A DNA stretch of 64,000 bases from Amoebidium appalachense (GCA_963693365.1 CAVNZM010000003.1:1151506-1215505); one strand, 5' to 3'; shown: positions 30,535 through 43,587, counted from the stretch's first letter. Translations and numbers: made by a program. Notes: a model not told the origin generated them from the letters alone.

Positions 30535-31360
30535 ATTGTGTGGGCAAATGACTCAACAACGCCGTTACGTGGCTACGCGAAGTACTTTTGAAAAGAAGTG
30601 TGCTTGGTTTGTTTCAGTACGTTTACTGAGTGCCCCCGTTACGTTTTACTGGGTGGTAACGTGCCATAGCTGCCCAAAACGCATTGCCGCGCTCGCTGCA
30701 AACAGCGCAACGATCTAGACAATTGGTACCGAGATGGGCGCAAATTGTCTAATCGCATTTAGAGACCCCTATGGTAGTCAAACTTTGTACCCCAAAAGTT
30801 CAAATTACAGTATTTGTCCCCGGTATCCGTTCTCCGTTCGTTATCGGGGCTATAAACACCCACTTATTTGCTCTTCAAAATCCGTATCAGCGATTGGGTT
30901 AAAGCGTTTTTATCGTTTACCCTCCTCCCATTAGCCAATCAAATCGCATATATTCGCAGCTACCCCGGCCTCCCCTCACCTCCCCCCCTCCACGTCCGGA
31001 TCTTTCGAACCCTACTCCTATTTGAACTCGTGGAGTAGAAAGGAGCCTACCGGCCCCAAAGAACTAGTAAAAACCATGGAAATAAGAAAGAAAACATAGA
31101 AGTTAGAAAAAGAGACATATATATATCTATCTAGTGGTGCCGGGGTTAGAAGGTGTAGCGTGTGCGCGTATGTGAGAATCCGTTATGGCATTTTGGAATG
31201 TGATCATGGCATTGTGGAATGTTACCAAAGTGTAGTGAACGATCGCGATCGGAAAAATAGAGATGGAAACATGGTGTGAGAGAGAGAGAGAGAGAGAGAG
31301 AATGAGAGACTCGGGAAGAGAGAGAGACAGTAGAGAGAGTCGGAGGAAGAGGGAGGGAGG

Positions 31361-31410
<50 letters not shown>

Positions 31411-31571
31411 ATTATGACAAAGAAGAGTGAGAGAGGAGAGAGAGACGGAGCGCACACATCGATTCAAATGTCGCTCTTTATTATCTGCTAATAAATAGTA
31501 TCCTTCGCGCATCCACCCCTAAACCAGGCCATCCGTGGCCCTAAGGGCCGGGGAACACCCCCATCCATGTC

Positions 31572-32756
31572 ATGGCACATGCCTATAATCGTTTCAGAAC
31601 CTCTTTCAAAGTTCCATCTACACCCATCACACATGTGCGACCATTAAAACGTCCAGCAGATACACCTACCACAGATGCACAACCAGAAAAACATCGCCTT
31701 AGACTAAGCGCAACACCTATTTACAATACACTACCCATTCAGAATAACACCACACCACTCCGTAGAAACACAATAACAACCATGCCGAAACTTTCGGTTG
31801 ATACAGTACTGGCAGAACTTGCCCTCGTTAAGAAACAGCTAAATGAGCTGTTACCACTCAAGAACATGATAGAAAAACTCCAAACAGAAAATACCCAACT
31901 CAAGCTCACCATTGATTCACTCACAGCCCAGCTAAACATTAGTGGATCGCAAAACCCCAAAACTCATGAGCAAACATCTCGCGACGGAGACATTTCCACC
32001 CCAACACAAAACAACACAGGACCGGAAGCACAGCTCCCGGCAGAGTTCCTAGAATATGCGAACTCTCGTAAAACACCCGAGCTCCGCCAAATTGCCAAGG
32101 AAACATATGCCAGCATTCTTGCAGGCAACGAGTACCGCCGCAACTCCCCTCCCAAACCGCCGGCTAAGGGGAACACCCAAGCAAACGGTAACATCAACAT
32201 CCCACCCAAATACGAGAGGGTGTATTTCAAAGTCAAGCACGGCAGACGCCCACACAGGGCCATGTGGTCCATCTTCAAGGCTCTCGGCTTCCGGTGCTCT
32301 CGCATCCTTTGTCTGTCCTTCATTGGATACGATGTGCTGGAAGTAGCAGTACGGGGCGACTATAACCGTGCGTTCATCCGTGACGCGACAAAGGGGTGTG
32401 GAAGCTTCTTCACCCACCTCCCAAGCTACGACCCATGCGCGCCGGAAAACATTCAGAAAGCAGACAAAGAACGTAAAGTGTCTGCTAAGAATGCGTGCGC
32501 CACACGTTGTCGTGTACGCATCAGCAAGGCAAAAGAGTTCCTCGCAAAGTTGGAAAACGATGCTACGAGCGTGATAGACACGGACACGAAGGAACCAATG
32601 TTTTCTGGTGAGAAACTGCTCGAGCGCAAACGCCGATGCGAGATGGAAATCGAGCTCTTCTGCGAACTGTTCGCGCTGGCGGAAGGTCGTGCATACGACC
32701 CCGTAAGCGACAAGTGGGAACCAACCCCACAGGTGTCGGACCAAACCGATGCCTAA
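31572..32756 (+). CDS. LINE ORF1 (gag-like; coiled coil plus an RRM-like segment, no CCHC knuckle)
   Basis: 394-aa ORF directly upstream of ORF2, overlapping it by 8 nt (ATGCCTAA). Heptad segment LAELALVKKQLNELLPLKNMIEKLQTENTQLKLTIDSL. Confidence 0.88.
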   Translation: MAHAYNRFRTSFKVPSTPITHVRPLKRPADTPTTDAQPEKHRLRLSATPIYNTLPIQNNTTPLRRNTITTMPKLSVDTVLAELALVKKQLNELLPLKNMIEKLQTENTQLKLTIDSLTAQLNISGSQNPKTHEQTSRDGDISTPTQNNTGPEAQLPAEFLEYANSRKTPELRQIAKETYASILAGNEYRRNSPPKPPAKGNTQANGNINIPPKYERVYFKVKHGRRPHRAMWSIFKALGFRCSRILCLSFIGYDVLEVAVRGDYNRAFIRDATKGCGSFFTHLPSYDPCAPENIQKADKERKVSAKNACATRCRVRISKAKEFLAKLENDATSVIDTDTKEPMFSGEKLLERKRRCEMEIELFCELFALAEGRAYDPVSDKWEPTPQVSDQTDA

Positions 32757-35700
32757 TTTATCCTTCTTCTTCTGGAATGCTCGGACACTGGGCCCCCAAA
32801 AGGGCCTCCCCCCCGGGACACTCGACGATAAAATCAGCTACATACAACAACAGACAAACAACCACACGTTTACAGTGATTTGCGAAACACAGTTTAAAAA
32901 CCACCACAAATTCAACTCTACATTGGTCGACACATCCACACACCCCGGTTACGCGAAAAACCGAGGCATTATTGTACTTGCCGCACCACACGTGAGAGTG
33001 AAGTGCAAACCGGTAGCAAAAACGGAATTCTCGGTTTCTATAGAGTTTCTTTCTAATGTTTTTACTTTTGTATATTACCCACCATCTATGTCGGTTGTCG
33101 AATTGACTCACGAGTTGTCACAGTTACCAATGTCCACTGTTATTTTAGGTGATTTTAACACGCGACTCCACCACACAGACACACTGCAAGTGAGTGTCGG
33201 GTACCCATCTAAGCCCCCGGAGCGTGCTATCCCTTTAGCAAGGTATGTCCAAAGTCACACTTTGCGGTTCCCTCAAATATCCCATGCCCACAACACCGAC
33301 TGGGGAGTGGCCTTTTGGCCATCAACCATGTCAAAACTCTCTCTCCCTCCTAACCTCTCTAGGTCATCTGACCACTCTCCTATCCTTTTCCTACCTAAGA
33401 TCTCCCTTGATCTGCTCCCCCCTCCCCCTCCCACCTTTCGCCTCCGTCTATCCCAGCTTAAGTCACAGTGGGGTAGAGTTGATGTATGTGTATGCTATGC
33501 TACGAAACACCCTATATATATGCGCCTATTAGAATCTGCACAAGCCAGGCCAGATTCACATCTCGTACTAGATACATGCACTAACTTTATTGTTGATGAT
33601 TTGATAGATCTCGGTGATTATGCTGGCGGTGGTAGGAAGGAATATCCCGATGCTCTCTTGTTACCAAACACCACTCCCGCTAGACTAGGTGAACCCCTGT
33701 CTCAAAAGGAAAGCTTGCGCCGGCTTGCTAGTATGAATCGATTTGGCCCCCCTGCTCGTATTATTGGTGATACCACTGGAGACCCCCTCATAGACTCTGA
33801 TAAGTATTTCTCGGAACTGTTTAAAGATAGGACCCCCGCTCAGAAACCTATTGTGTGGCCTGTAGACCCATCTATCCCCATAGAATCGATCCTCCCCTTT
33901 TTCAGTCCCGATGCCATATGGTCTGTGATATCTAGTTATAGCTCTAGTAAGTCTTGTGGACCTGATGGACTCCCTGCTGGGTTTCTTAAAATCCTTGTTC
34001 CCTCCTACCCACAAAAGGAAAGTGATCGTGCTATTAAACCTGATCTTACTATCATGTTAAGCTCTCTCTTTTCTTGGTGTGTTAAATGTGGACATGTCCC
34101 GTCATCTTGGTTAGATACCTTAGTGATCCCCATAGTTAAGAAGGACTCTGAGGGCCCCATATCATCCTTTCGCCCCATTACACTAACCCAGGTTGTTCGT
34201 AGATTCTTTGAAGCTTGCTTACTTAGGTTATTTGCACATCACCCTAGGTTTCAATCTATTCTTCACATACACCCATGCCAATCCGCTTTTCGTAAAAACA
34301 ATTCATGTTATGTTCAAATAATGGCACTGCACGATTCTATGCAAGTTGGTGCACAATATGTTGGCTTTATTGATTGGAAAACTGCTTACGATTCTGTCTC
34401 CCCTGGTCTCCTATGGGAAAAGCTTGCTGCACGGGGTGTACCACACTGCATTGGTGTTCTGTTAGAAGCACTCTTGTCTCAAACCTATGGTAGAGCTGTG
34501 GTTAATGGGCATCTTTCATATGGTTTTGCTCGTACTAGAGGTCTCTTGCAGGGCTCATTGCTTAGCCCCTTTTTGTTTAACCTATTTATAGATGATTTGG
34601 CTGTCAAGATTTACGCCGAAAACGATGACCCTATTAATAACTTTCCGCCTGCACTTCTCTATGCTGATGATCTGTCCCTCCTTGCCCGTACCCCTAGACG
34701 CCTGCAAAGATTGTTCGATGTAGTGTCAGAGTGGTGCAAGGCAAACCTTATGATCCTTAACATAGACAAATGTGGTGTTCTTGTACCTGATATAGCTAAC
34801 AATTTACACACATTTACATTATCATCTAAACCTGTACCTATAGTTCCAGAATACAAATATCTTGGTGTTCCGGTTGATTCTGTTGGTGTTATGTTTCCCC
34901 ATATGGTCGAAAAGAGGGTAGAGTTGGCTCGTAAGCGGTTAGCTTTCTTCTCGGCTAATATTTTTAAAGACACACCCCTCCATCCTTCTATTAGACTTAC
35001 ATTTATTCGCACTTTTGTCTTCCCGGCATGTGAATATGGTTTACCCCTTCTCGCCGCTTGGATCAAGAAAGAGAGAACTAGAGCGCTTAAACCCTTGGCA
35101 AATTTCCTTGAAGCAGAAGTTGCCTCCTTTCTATCTAACAACTGTTGTAAACCTGGGCCTGTAACGCTCTCGATATATGGTCTGGTCCCAATAGCTGCTA
35201 GAGTATCCTATCTCGCGCTGAAATTCAATAAGCACATAAGCCGCTTAAAGAAGTATTTGCCCTCCCACCCTCTCTTCTCTATCCGACCTGTCCCCTCCTC
35301 ACCTCTCCCCTCTTTCCTCCCCTCTCTCTCCCCTTCTCCCCTGGGCACAAATACAAATAAACCCCGCAATAGTGTGTGTGTGACTTTGGACTGCCACTTA
35401 CTTATTAAACATGTACACAATCACAAGATAATCACGCAATATAACAAATGGAAAAAGATACCAAACGACACTAGACCCGATGAAAGCATACACCTTGAAA
35501 AACTAAGCCTTATGTCTCGTTTTATATATACTGACCGCCTCAACCATATTGCCAAATATGGCACTCGCAAGTGTATAACACCTAAATACATATTACCTTC
35601 CTGTAGAACTGGTCTTTCTCTAGCTGATGGTATTATTGATCAATTACCACGCTTTTACTGTACACGTGCTATACAGTGGAGATCTAATAAGTATAAGGTG

Positions 35701-35943
35701 GCATCATTTGCATGCCCAAACAACACACACACACACCAGTTTAACCGGTCATGTATCGCCAAATGTAGTTTGATAGACCACATAATACCGCAACACACAC
35801 ACGTCACATTCACAACAGACACCCAGAAAGATAGCCTACCTGTAAATTACAACATCCTTGATTTTATACTAAACACGCGTAACTACGACCTGTTTATTAG
35901 ATGTATTGATTGGCTTGAGAAACACATCACTACAAAATTATAG
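32749..35943 (+). CDS. LINE ORF2: apurinic endonuclease + reverse transcriptase (1064 aa)
   Basis: Protein identical to 4660..7854, with the same APE and RT (YADD) motifs. Confidence 0.97.
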   Translation: MPNLSFFFWNARTLGPQKGLPPGTLDDKISYIQQQTNNHTFTVICETQFKNHHKFNSTLVDTSTHPGYAKNRGIIVLAAPHVRVKCKPVAKTEFSVSIEFLSNVFTFVYYPPSMSVVELTHELSQLPMSTVILGDFNTRLHHTDTLQVSVGYPSKPPERAIPLARYVQSHTLRFPQISHAHNTDWGVAFWPSTMSKLSLPPNLSRSSDHSPILFLPKISLDLLPPPPPTFRLRLSQLKSQWGRVDVCVCYATKHPIYMRLLESAQARPDSHLVLDTCTNFIVDDLIDLGDYAGGGRKEYPDALLLPNTTPARLGEPLSQKESLRRLASMNRFGPPARIIGDTTGDPLIDSDKYFSELFKDRTPAQKPIVWPVDPSIPIESILPFFSPDAIWSVISSYSSSKSCGPDGLPAGFLKILVPSYPQKESDRAIKPDLTIMLSSLFSWCVKCGHVPSSWLDTLVIPIVKKDSEGPISSFRPITLTQVVRRFFEACLLRLFAHHPRFQSILHIHPCQSAFRKNNSCYVQIMALHDSMQVGAQYVGFIDWKTAYDSVSPGLLWEKLAARGVPHCIGVLLEALLSQTYGRAVVNGHLSYGFARTRGLLQGSLLSPFLFNLFIDDLAVKIYAENDDPINNFPPALLYADDLSLLARTPRRLQRLFDVVSEWCKANLMILNIDKCGVLVPDIANNLHTFTLSSKPVPIVPEYKYLGVPVDSVGVMFPHMVEKRVELARKRLAFFSANIFKDTPLHPSIRLTFIRTFVFPACEYGLPLLAAWIKKERTRALKPLANFLEAEVASFLSNNCCKPGPVTLSIYGLVPIAARVSYLALKFNKHISRLKKYLPSHPLFSIRPVPSSPLPSFLPSLSPSPLGTNTNKPRNSVCVTLDCHLLIKHVHNHKIITQYNKWKKIPNDTRPDESIHLEKLSLMSRFIYTDRLNHIAKYGTRKCITPKYILPSCRTGLSLADGIIDQLPRFYCTRAIQWRSNKYKVASFACPNNTHTHQFNRSCIAKCSLIDHIIPQHTHVTFTTDTQKDSLPVNYNILDFILNTRNYDLFIRCIDWLEKHITTKL

Positions 35944-35963
35944 CGCACGCGCACACACACACA

Positions 35964-36026
<63 letters not shown>

Positions 36027-36058
36027 CCAGCTGATACCGAGTGTCCCGAGGGGAGCCC

Positions 36059-36099
<41 letters not shown>

Positions 36100-37322
36100 G
36101 GGGAACCCCAACTAATTGATTTCTCCTTGTAGTCTTTATGGTGTCTCGTAGAGAAAGTAAACCCTGATATATAGTCACCACCCGACATCTATGTACGTGA
36201 TCATGATATACCGCTGAGGGGATATTCCGAGCAAAACCCCCCCCCCCATACCTGAGACTGGTTCTCTTTGCCTCGAGTAAACAGCGTAAACCCCATATGT
36301 GTATGCACATGTGTGTGTGTGTGCGTGTGTGTGTTTGACGGGGGAGGGGGGGGGGGTGGGTTGGGGGGGGGGGGGAAGGAGGAGGCTACGTGTATGTTGT
36401 GTTTTGGGAGGAAGAGTTAGTGTTGATGTGAACGTGAGCACACAGGGGAGCCATGATCGAATACTAAATCTATACTATGATGTCGAAGTGTTTAGGCTAT
36501 CCGGGAAACATAGGGAGAGAGAAAGAAATGTCAGTGGAGAAGGTTGTTAGTTGGTGTGACTGTATGATGGTTTTGGTGGTGGTGTGTGCGTAGGTATGTG
36601 TGACAGTATGTGTATGTGTGCATGTGTGTGTGTGTGTGCATGTGTGTTATATCAAACTGTGCGCCAAATGGGACGGGCGTGCGTGTGTGCGTGCGTGTGT
36701 GTCGGCCCATCTGGCGCTATGACAGGTGTGAGTCACCAGGCGGTGGTGGCCGGTGACGTCATCACTGGTTACGTGTGTACCTCGGGTGTATCGATGCAGA
36801 AATTTCCTCATCACAACGGCACAAACGTTACCGTCACCTTCAAACTTTTGCTTCCAGTTTCTGTATGGTCACTTACTCAACATTGCACCGTTAAATAGTA
36901 TTCTGTATATGTACTGCGTCACATAGCGAGGTGAATGCTGGAACCAGACACCTCTCAGTCTCCTTTCTCTGTCCCGTTTTTGAAGGGACCACAGGTTAAC
37001 TCAGTAGACGGCATTGGACTTGTTGCTACGCTCCAATCTCCCTGGCCATGCCATGTTTGGTAGTTAAGCAAAGTGACAAAGGGAATTATTAGCCTTATCG
37101 CTACTTGAAATAAGCATCGCTACTTGAAATAAGCATGTGCGCATTCAAAGCTTTATAGCTAGGAATAGGCGTTTAAAAGATTCTTTTTTGAATAAGAAAA
37201 ACGCAAAACGCTAGCTTGAGAGAGGAAAGATCTCAGGAACAAGTGGGCGAACGGCTTTTCTTCTTTTCTTGTTTTTCAAGCATCAACCGAGTTCGTGAAT
37301 TTTCCGACACTACTACGACAAG

Positions 37323-38387
37323 ATGGCTTCTTCAAGGTATAGAAACGATGGTGATGGGGACATGCTGCTTCATGCATTTCTTCCGTGTGCGCATGTTCCT
37401 GTGTGCGTGTTTGTGCTATGCAAAGGCATGTCTGTGTGATCATACGGTTTCTGGCTGTGTCAGTGCTTGTGCTTGAGTGTATGCAACGCCCTCATGTGTC
37501 TATTCATCCTGCTCTTTACGTATGATGAGGTATGTAGAGTGTGTGCTTAGGAGCACAGGAAAGAATTGGTAGCTCGTGTTAAACTTGCTGTGTGTGTGCA
37601 TGTTTTATCGAAACTCGAGCACGGTCGTTACAGCAGACTTGCTGCTTGGCAAAAGCGGAGTCTCGCTCTACGGAATAGAGAACGAGAGTCTGTGTATGGA
37701 GAGAGACATGAGGATCGGTTCATATGAGCTGTTGGGGAGGAGGGAGGGTGGGGGTTTACAGAAAGGGTGATTATAAGTGGGTTGTGAAGGAACGGTCTTT
37801 TCGGATCCATTATGCTGAAGTTTACTCATGTCCTCGCAACTGTAACCTGTTTCCTGCCATTCTCTTCAGTTCCCACCATCCCTAACCTCTTCTCCCCCTT
37901 CCCCTCCTTGCCTTCCCCTCTCCCCCCCTCTCCTCCCGTTTCCCCCCCTCCCCCCTCCCCCCCCCCCCCCCCCCCCGCGCCTGCCCACCACCACCACCAC
38001 CACCATAGAGACACACACACACACAAAGCTTGCCTGCTTGTCTGCATCATCCACCTCCCCTTCCCACCTATAGGCAGATTCAGTTCTGCCCACGTGATTC
38101 CTGACAAGTGGGGACGTATGCACTTTGGTATGCTCAGCTGTCTACTTCTCTTTACTTCTTCTTCTTCTGACTGTTACTATGCAGACACGCACACACTTTC
38201 TCAGGCCCAATGATATGGTTTAGCCTCCCGCAGTTTGAGCGTCAATACTCAAAGACGTGACCCCGCACGCACATACACGCACACACACACACACATACAC
38301 GTACACACACACACACACACGCACACACATCTCTAGGCACCCACACATGCACATGCCTATGCCTACAGAAACACAAGCACGCACGCG

Positions 38388-38426
<39 letters not shown>

Positions 38427-39403
38427 ATCGTTATGGCCAGCCTGGCCCAGCCTATGGTGGTGCAAACCCCGACCCATATGCCCAGGAGAGGTAACACACC
38501 TCTGCACCCCTTTCCCTCGTTTCGCTGCCCTCCGCCGCCCCCCCCCCCCCTCCCCCCCCCTCCCCCTCCCCCCCCCCCCCCCCGCCCCCCTGAGCGCCCA
38601 TCTTTCTACCACCTTTCTTCCCCACCTCACCCATTAACCACAGCCGCACACACAGAGTCTACCTCCCCCCCCCCCACACACACACACACTCTCCCCCCCC
38701 CCCCCCCCCCCCAGCCCACTTGCTCCCAATCACCACCACCATCATCCTACCGTCTTCACCAGCTAAGCGCTTACACCCTCCCCCCCTCCCCCCTTTCTCC
38801 TCCTCCCTCCCCCTCTCTCCCACTCTCCACCCCCCCCGACCCCTCCTTGCCTTCCCTTGCTCACCACCACTACCATATAGAGGATTCTGGTGTCCTCTCG
38901 CCCAGCTTTCCTCCCTTATAATTTCCTTCCCTCCCTCCTCCCCCTCCCCCCCTCCCCCGACGGTTTGATCTTCCGACCTATAGTGCTTTTGCTAGTGTTA
39001 CTAGGAGAGTTGACTCAGATCACATCAGACGTGTATAAAAGCTTGAAAGGAATAGCGAGTGCCTATTGATTGGCCTGTTGCTTTGTGCTTTGCCTTTGTT
39101 TACTTTTTGTCTTTGCGTCCAGTTTTTTCCATCCTCTGCTCTATATATCCGCTAAGTCCTCCCCTCCCCGCCGCCGCCCCCTCCCCCCCAAGGGACCTGC
39201 CTTTGTTACATACTTGGTGCATGTTTTGGCACAATTCTTGTGTTTTTCATTTCATGCCTTACTACACCTGTGACTACGTACAGCACCCTCCCCCCCCCCC
39301 CCCCCCCCCCCCCCCTGCCCACCCAGCCAACCCACCTCACCCATCCACCCACCCACCCACATCCCACCCCATCCCACCCACACATTCACACACCCCGCCT
39401 CCC

Positions 39404-39471
<68 letters not shown>

Positions 39472-39543
39472 CAGAGAGAGAAACACATACACACACGAAC
39501 ACACCACACACAACGCACATACAAGTCCGCACGCACGTATAAG

Positions 39544-39594
<51 letters not shown>

Positions 39595-40255
39595 CACACA
39601 CTCACACACACACACTCACACTCACACTCACACTTACTCTCACTCACACTCACACTCACACTCACACTCGCACACAAAAACAAACAAACAAACAAACAAA
39701 CAAACAAACAAACAAACAAACAAACAAACAAACAAACAAACAAACAAACAAACACACACACACACACAAAAACACACAAACAAACAAGTTGGCTCACACA
39801 GACTCTAGCACCCCACCCCCACTCCCAACCCCTCCAAACTTTCCCTATCAGGACTGGGTGCCATTCATATCTGACACCTGATTGGTTGCTTTGTGCATAT
39901 CTGACACCTGATTGGTTGCTTTGTGCATATCTGACACCTGATTGGTTGCTTTGTGCATATCTGACACCTGATTGGTTGCTTTAGGTCTATCTGACACCTA
40001 ATTGGTTGCTATTTTAGGCCTATCTGACTCCTAATTGGTTGCTATCTGGACCTATCTGACACCTGATTGGTTTATTCAGGCAGCAGAGGTCACACGAGCA
40101 AGACAACGACAGTCTAATTTTGGACCTGCACAACAAAGTCGGCATGCTGAAAAACGTATATGTCCCCAAAGAAAAAAAAAAAACCAAAAAAAAAACATAT
40201 ATATGTATGTATGTATGTATGTATATGTATATGTACACACACGCGTGCGCCAGCG

Positions 40256-40286
<31 letters not shown>

Positions 40287-40694
40287 ATTTATGATCTTTT
40301 TGAAGGGTTAGTACTGTCTTTTTCTTCCATGCATCCATCGCTTTTATGCTCATACTTATCGTACCCACCCCCTCCCCCCCTCCCCCCCCCCCCCCCCCCC
40401 CCCCCCTCCTGCAACCACACCACCACCGCCACCACCCACCACCCACTCACCCCCACCCCACCCGTGTTCTCTTTTCCCTCTATTCATCGTGCATGGAAAG
40501 GTCACACATTCCCTCAGAACCACAACTGTTTCAATTTCAACTATAACCATTTCAATTCAACCACAACCATTTCAATTCAACCACATCCATTTCAATCTCA
40601 ATCACAACCAATTCAATCTCAATCACAACCAACTTCGTGTGTGTGTGCACTCGGGTGTGATGATGCACATACGAAAACTCACCACTGACATACA

Positions 40695-40776
<82 letters not shown>

Positions 40777-40921
40777 GCGCGCGCGTGTACGCACGCACGC
40801 ACGCACGCACAAACATGTGCGCGCGCACACACGCACAAACATGCTTGCGCACACACACACGGACACACACAGAGACACAAACACGTTCGCGCGCACACAC
40901 ACGCCCGCCCGCCCGCCCGCC

Positions 40922-40984
<63 letters not shown>

Positions 40985-41419
40985 GTCACACGGTATTGGT
41001 GATGAGGTCAGGGCCCAAAATCGATTCCTGGATGACATGGTAACAACCCCCTTCCCCCCCCCCCCCCCCCCCCCCGAGACCACCTTCCCTCCCTCCTTCC
41101 CTCAATCCCTCCCTTCCCCCTTTTTCCCTTCCCTTTCCCTCCGGACCTCTGCCCCTCCCTCCCTCCTTCCCTCCCCCCTCCCCCCCCCCCCCCCCCCCCC
41201 CCCCCGCCGAGACCTCTGCCCCTCCCTTCCTCCCTCCCTTCCCCCTCTCCTCCCCCCTCCCGCTCTGCCCCTCCCTCCGTCCCTCCCTTCCCCCCCTCCC
41301 CCCACTCGCTCACTCCCTCTGTCCGTCCCTCCTTCCCTCTCTCCATCTCTCCCTCCCTCCCTCCCTCCTTCCCTCCCTCCCTCTATTTTTCACCGTCTTG
41401 TTATGTTATGTATAAATCC

Positions 41420-41463
<44 letters not shown>

Positions 41464-41783
41464 ACCACCACCACCACCACCAAAAAAAAAAAAAAAAAAA
41501 AAAACATAGGGCCACCCCCCTTACCCCCCCCCCCCCCCCCTCCCCTCCCTCCCTCCCTCCTTCCCTCCCCCCCGGCACCACACACACACACACACACACA
41601 CAAAATGCATACTCTGTGTTCTGTGCAAAGTCTGCAGTGTGTTCGTCGGGAGTCTTCCGTACTCTTTAGGCATTCTACCCCCCCTCCCCCCCCCCCCCCC
41701 CCCTCCAAAAAAAAAAAACAAAAAAAAAACACGCACACACTCACACTCACACTCACACTCACACACACTCACTCACTCACTCA

Positions 41784-41819
<36 letters not shown>

Positions 41820-42606
41820 AAAAAAAAAAGAAAGAAAGAAAGAAAGAAAGAAAGGAAAGAAAGAAAGAAAGAAAAGAAAAGAAAAGAAAGAGAAAGAAAG
41901 AAAAAAGGGAAGAGAAGAAAAAGAGAAGAAAGAAAGAAAATCCTCCATATCTCTCTCCACAACTGAAATTTCTTCCTGGGTATTCACAGCACGATGAAAG
42001 AAAGAAAAGAAAAGAAAAGAAAAGAAAAGAAAAAAAGAAAAGAAAAAATAAAAGAAAAAATAAAAGAAAAGAAGAAGAAAAAGAAAAAAAAGAAGAAAAG
42101 AAAAAGCCCCTTCCTCTCTCTCTCTCCACAACTGAAATTTCTTCCCGTGTATTCACAGCACGATGAAAGAAAGCAAAGAAATGAAAAGAAAAAAAGAAAG
42201 AAAAAAAGAAAAGAGGAAAGAGAAGGGGAAAAGAAGACAGAAAAAACCCTCCATATCTTGCTCCACAACTGAAATATCTTCCCCTGTATCCACAGCACGA
42301 TGAAAGAAAAGAAAAAGAATGGAAAGAAAAGAAAGAAAAGAAAACAAAAGAAAGGAAAAGAGAAAGGGGGAAAAAGAAACAAAAGGGGGGAAGAAACAAA
42401 AGAAGAAATCCTTCCTCTCTCCCCCTACAACTGAGTTGTAATTTCCCATGTATCCACAGCACGATGACTTTGACAAGAGCAACAACCTTCTGACGTCATC
42501 CATGAGAAGACTCAAGACCTTGGCTGCAAAGGGCGGAGGAAATTTCTGCTATCTGAGCCTGTTTTGTATCTTTGTGTTCTTTGTCACTTATTGGTTGATC
42601 CGATGA
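37323..42606 (+). CDS. BET1: Bet1/Sft1-like Qc-SNARE (ER-Golgi), 5 exons
   Basis: Exons 37323-37336, 37634-37717, 40080-40155 ([20 protein letters not shown]), 40983-41039 ([19 protein letters not shown]), 42460-42606 ([18 protein letters not shown]...TM helix...IR*). Phases are consistent. The first two exons are less certain. Confidence 0.85.
39866..40075 (+). repeat. ~30-bp minisatellite (about 7 units) abutting a 3' splice site
   Basis: CATATCTGACACCTGATTGGTTGCTTTGTG repeated, diverging towards the acceptor AG at 40078-40079. Confidence 0.92.
41940..42467 (+). repeat. Four tandem copies of the Bet1 last 3' splice site separated by A/G-rich spacers
   Basis: ACAACTGA...TATYCACAG|CACGATGA, with the AG ending at 41989, 42158, 42295 and 42459. 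Confidence 0.9.
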
Positions 42607-42925
42607 AGAGTGTGGTAGTGTGTAGTGTGTTTGGTCCGATTGATAATATCCAATATAGATAGTAGTGGGTAGTGTGTATGTTTGATAGTAGGTATTATTG
42701 CCCTGTGTATGTTTTGTGTTTGTGTGTGTGCTGCTGCATTTAACAGACTTCTGCTATCTGAGAGTGTTTCGCATCTGTGGTTTTTGTCGCTTACTGGCTG
42801 ATAAGGGGAAACTGATAGAGGATAGAGGGTATGCGTGTTTGGTGTGTGCTACTGTGTGTAGAAAGGTCTATTATGAATAAGATGGGTTGAGAGTGGAACT
42901 GATGTGGCGTGAGAGCATGTGTGTG

Positions 42926-42966
<41 letters not shown>

Positions 42967-43493
42967 GCGTGTGCGTGTGTGCGTGCGTGCTTGCATGTGT
43001 GTGTGTTTTTTTTCCTTTTTTTGTTTTGTTTTGTTTTGTTTTGTTGTTGATGTGTGTTTGTTTTTTTTTTGCGCGGGGGGGGAGGAGGGGGGGGGGGGGG
43101 GGGGGGAGGGGGGGAGATTGCGAGTATGTGTATTTGAAATCAATAAAGAAAGATACTATTATGGTAGCCAAATGCAGCCAATAGCTGCCATGCACTGCTG
43201 TGTTCTGTGTGATCTGATTTGTTTACCACAAATTGCGTGGCCCAGGGTATGATTCCTCGTATCATTTGATTGGTTACTACAAAAATGTGGTGCGTGCCTA
43301 ATCATCTGATTGGTTATGACAATTGGAAGATATGAACGCAAGCAGAAGGGAAGTGTGCAAAATGTGCTACCCTGTGCATTGTTTTCACACCACAGGCCAA
43401 ATTCAACCCCCACCACTGCTCCACTGACGCTTGGACACACACACACACATGCACACACACACACACACATGCACACACACACACGCACGCACG

Positions 43494-43526
<33 letters not shown>

Positions 43527-43587
43527 CGACACTTGTGCACATACACACAGACACATGGACATCCATAACACACAAGCATTGGCCCCC

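Larger units (their letters stand above)
31499..36297 (+). mobile_element. Non-LTR retrotransposon (LINE), apparently full-length copy 2; 5' boundary inferred
   Basis: ORF1 plus overlapping ORF2, both intact; same 3' region as copy 1. The 5' boundary is placed after the TAAATAG at 31492-31498 by inference only. Confidence 0.93.

Noticed and set aside
31517-31523. CCCTAAA/TTTAGGG telomere-like heptamers near LINE ends
   Set aside because: Single isolated copies with no tandem array.
31499-31571. HDV-like ribozyme in the LINE 5' UTR
   Set aside because: GC hairpins are present, but I could not build the nested double pseudoknot (P1/P2/P3/P1.1) or place the catalytic C.
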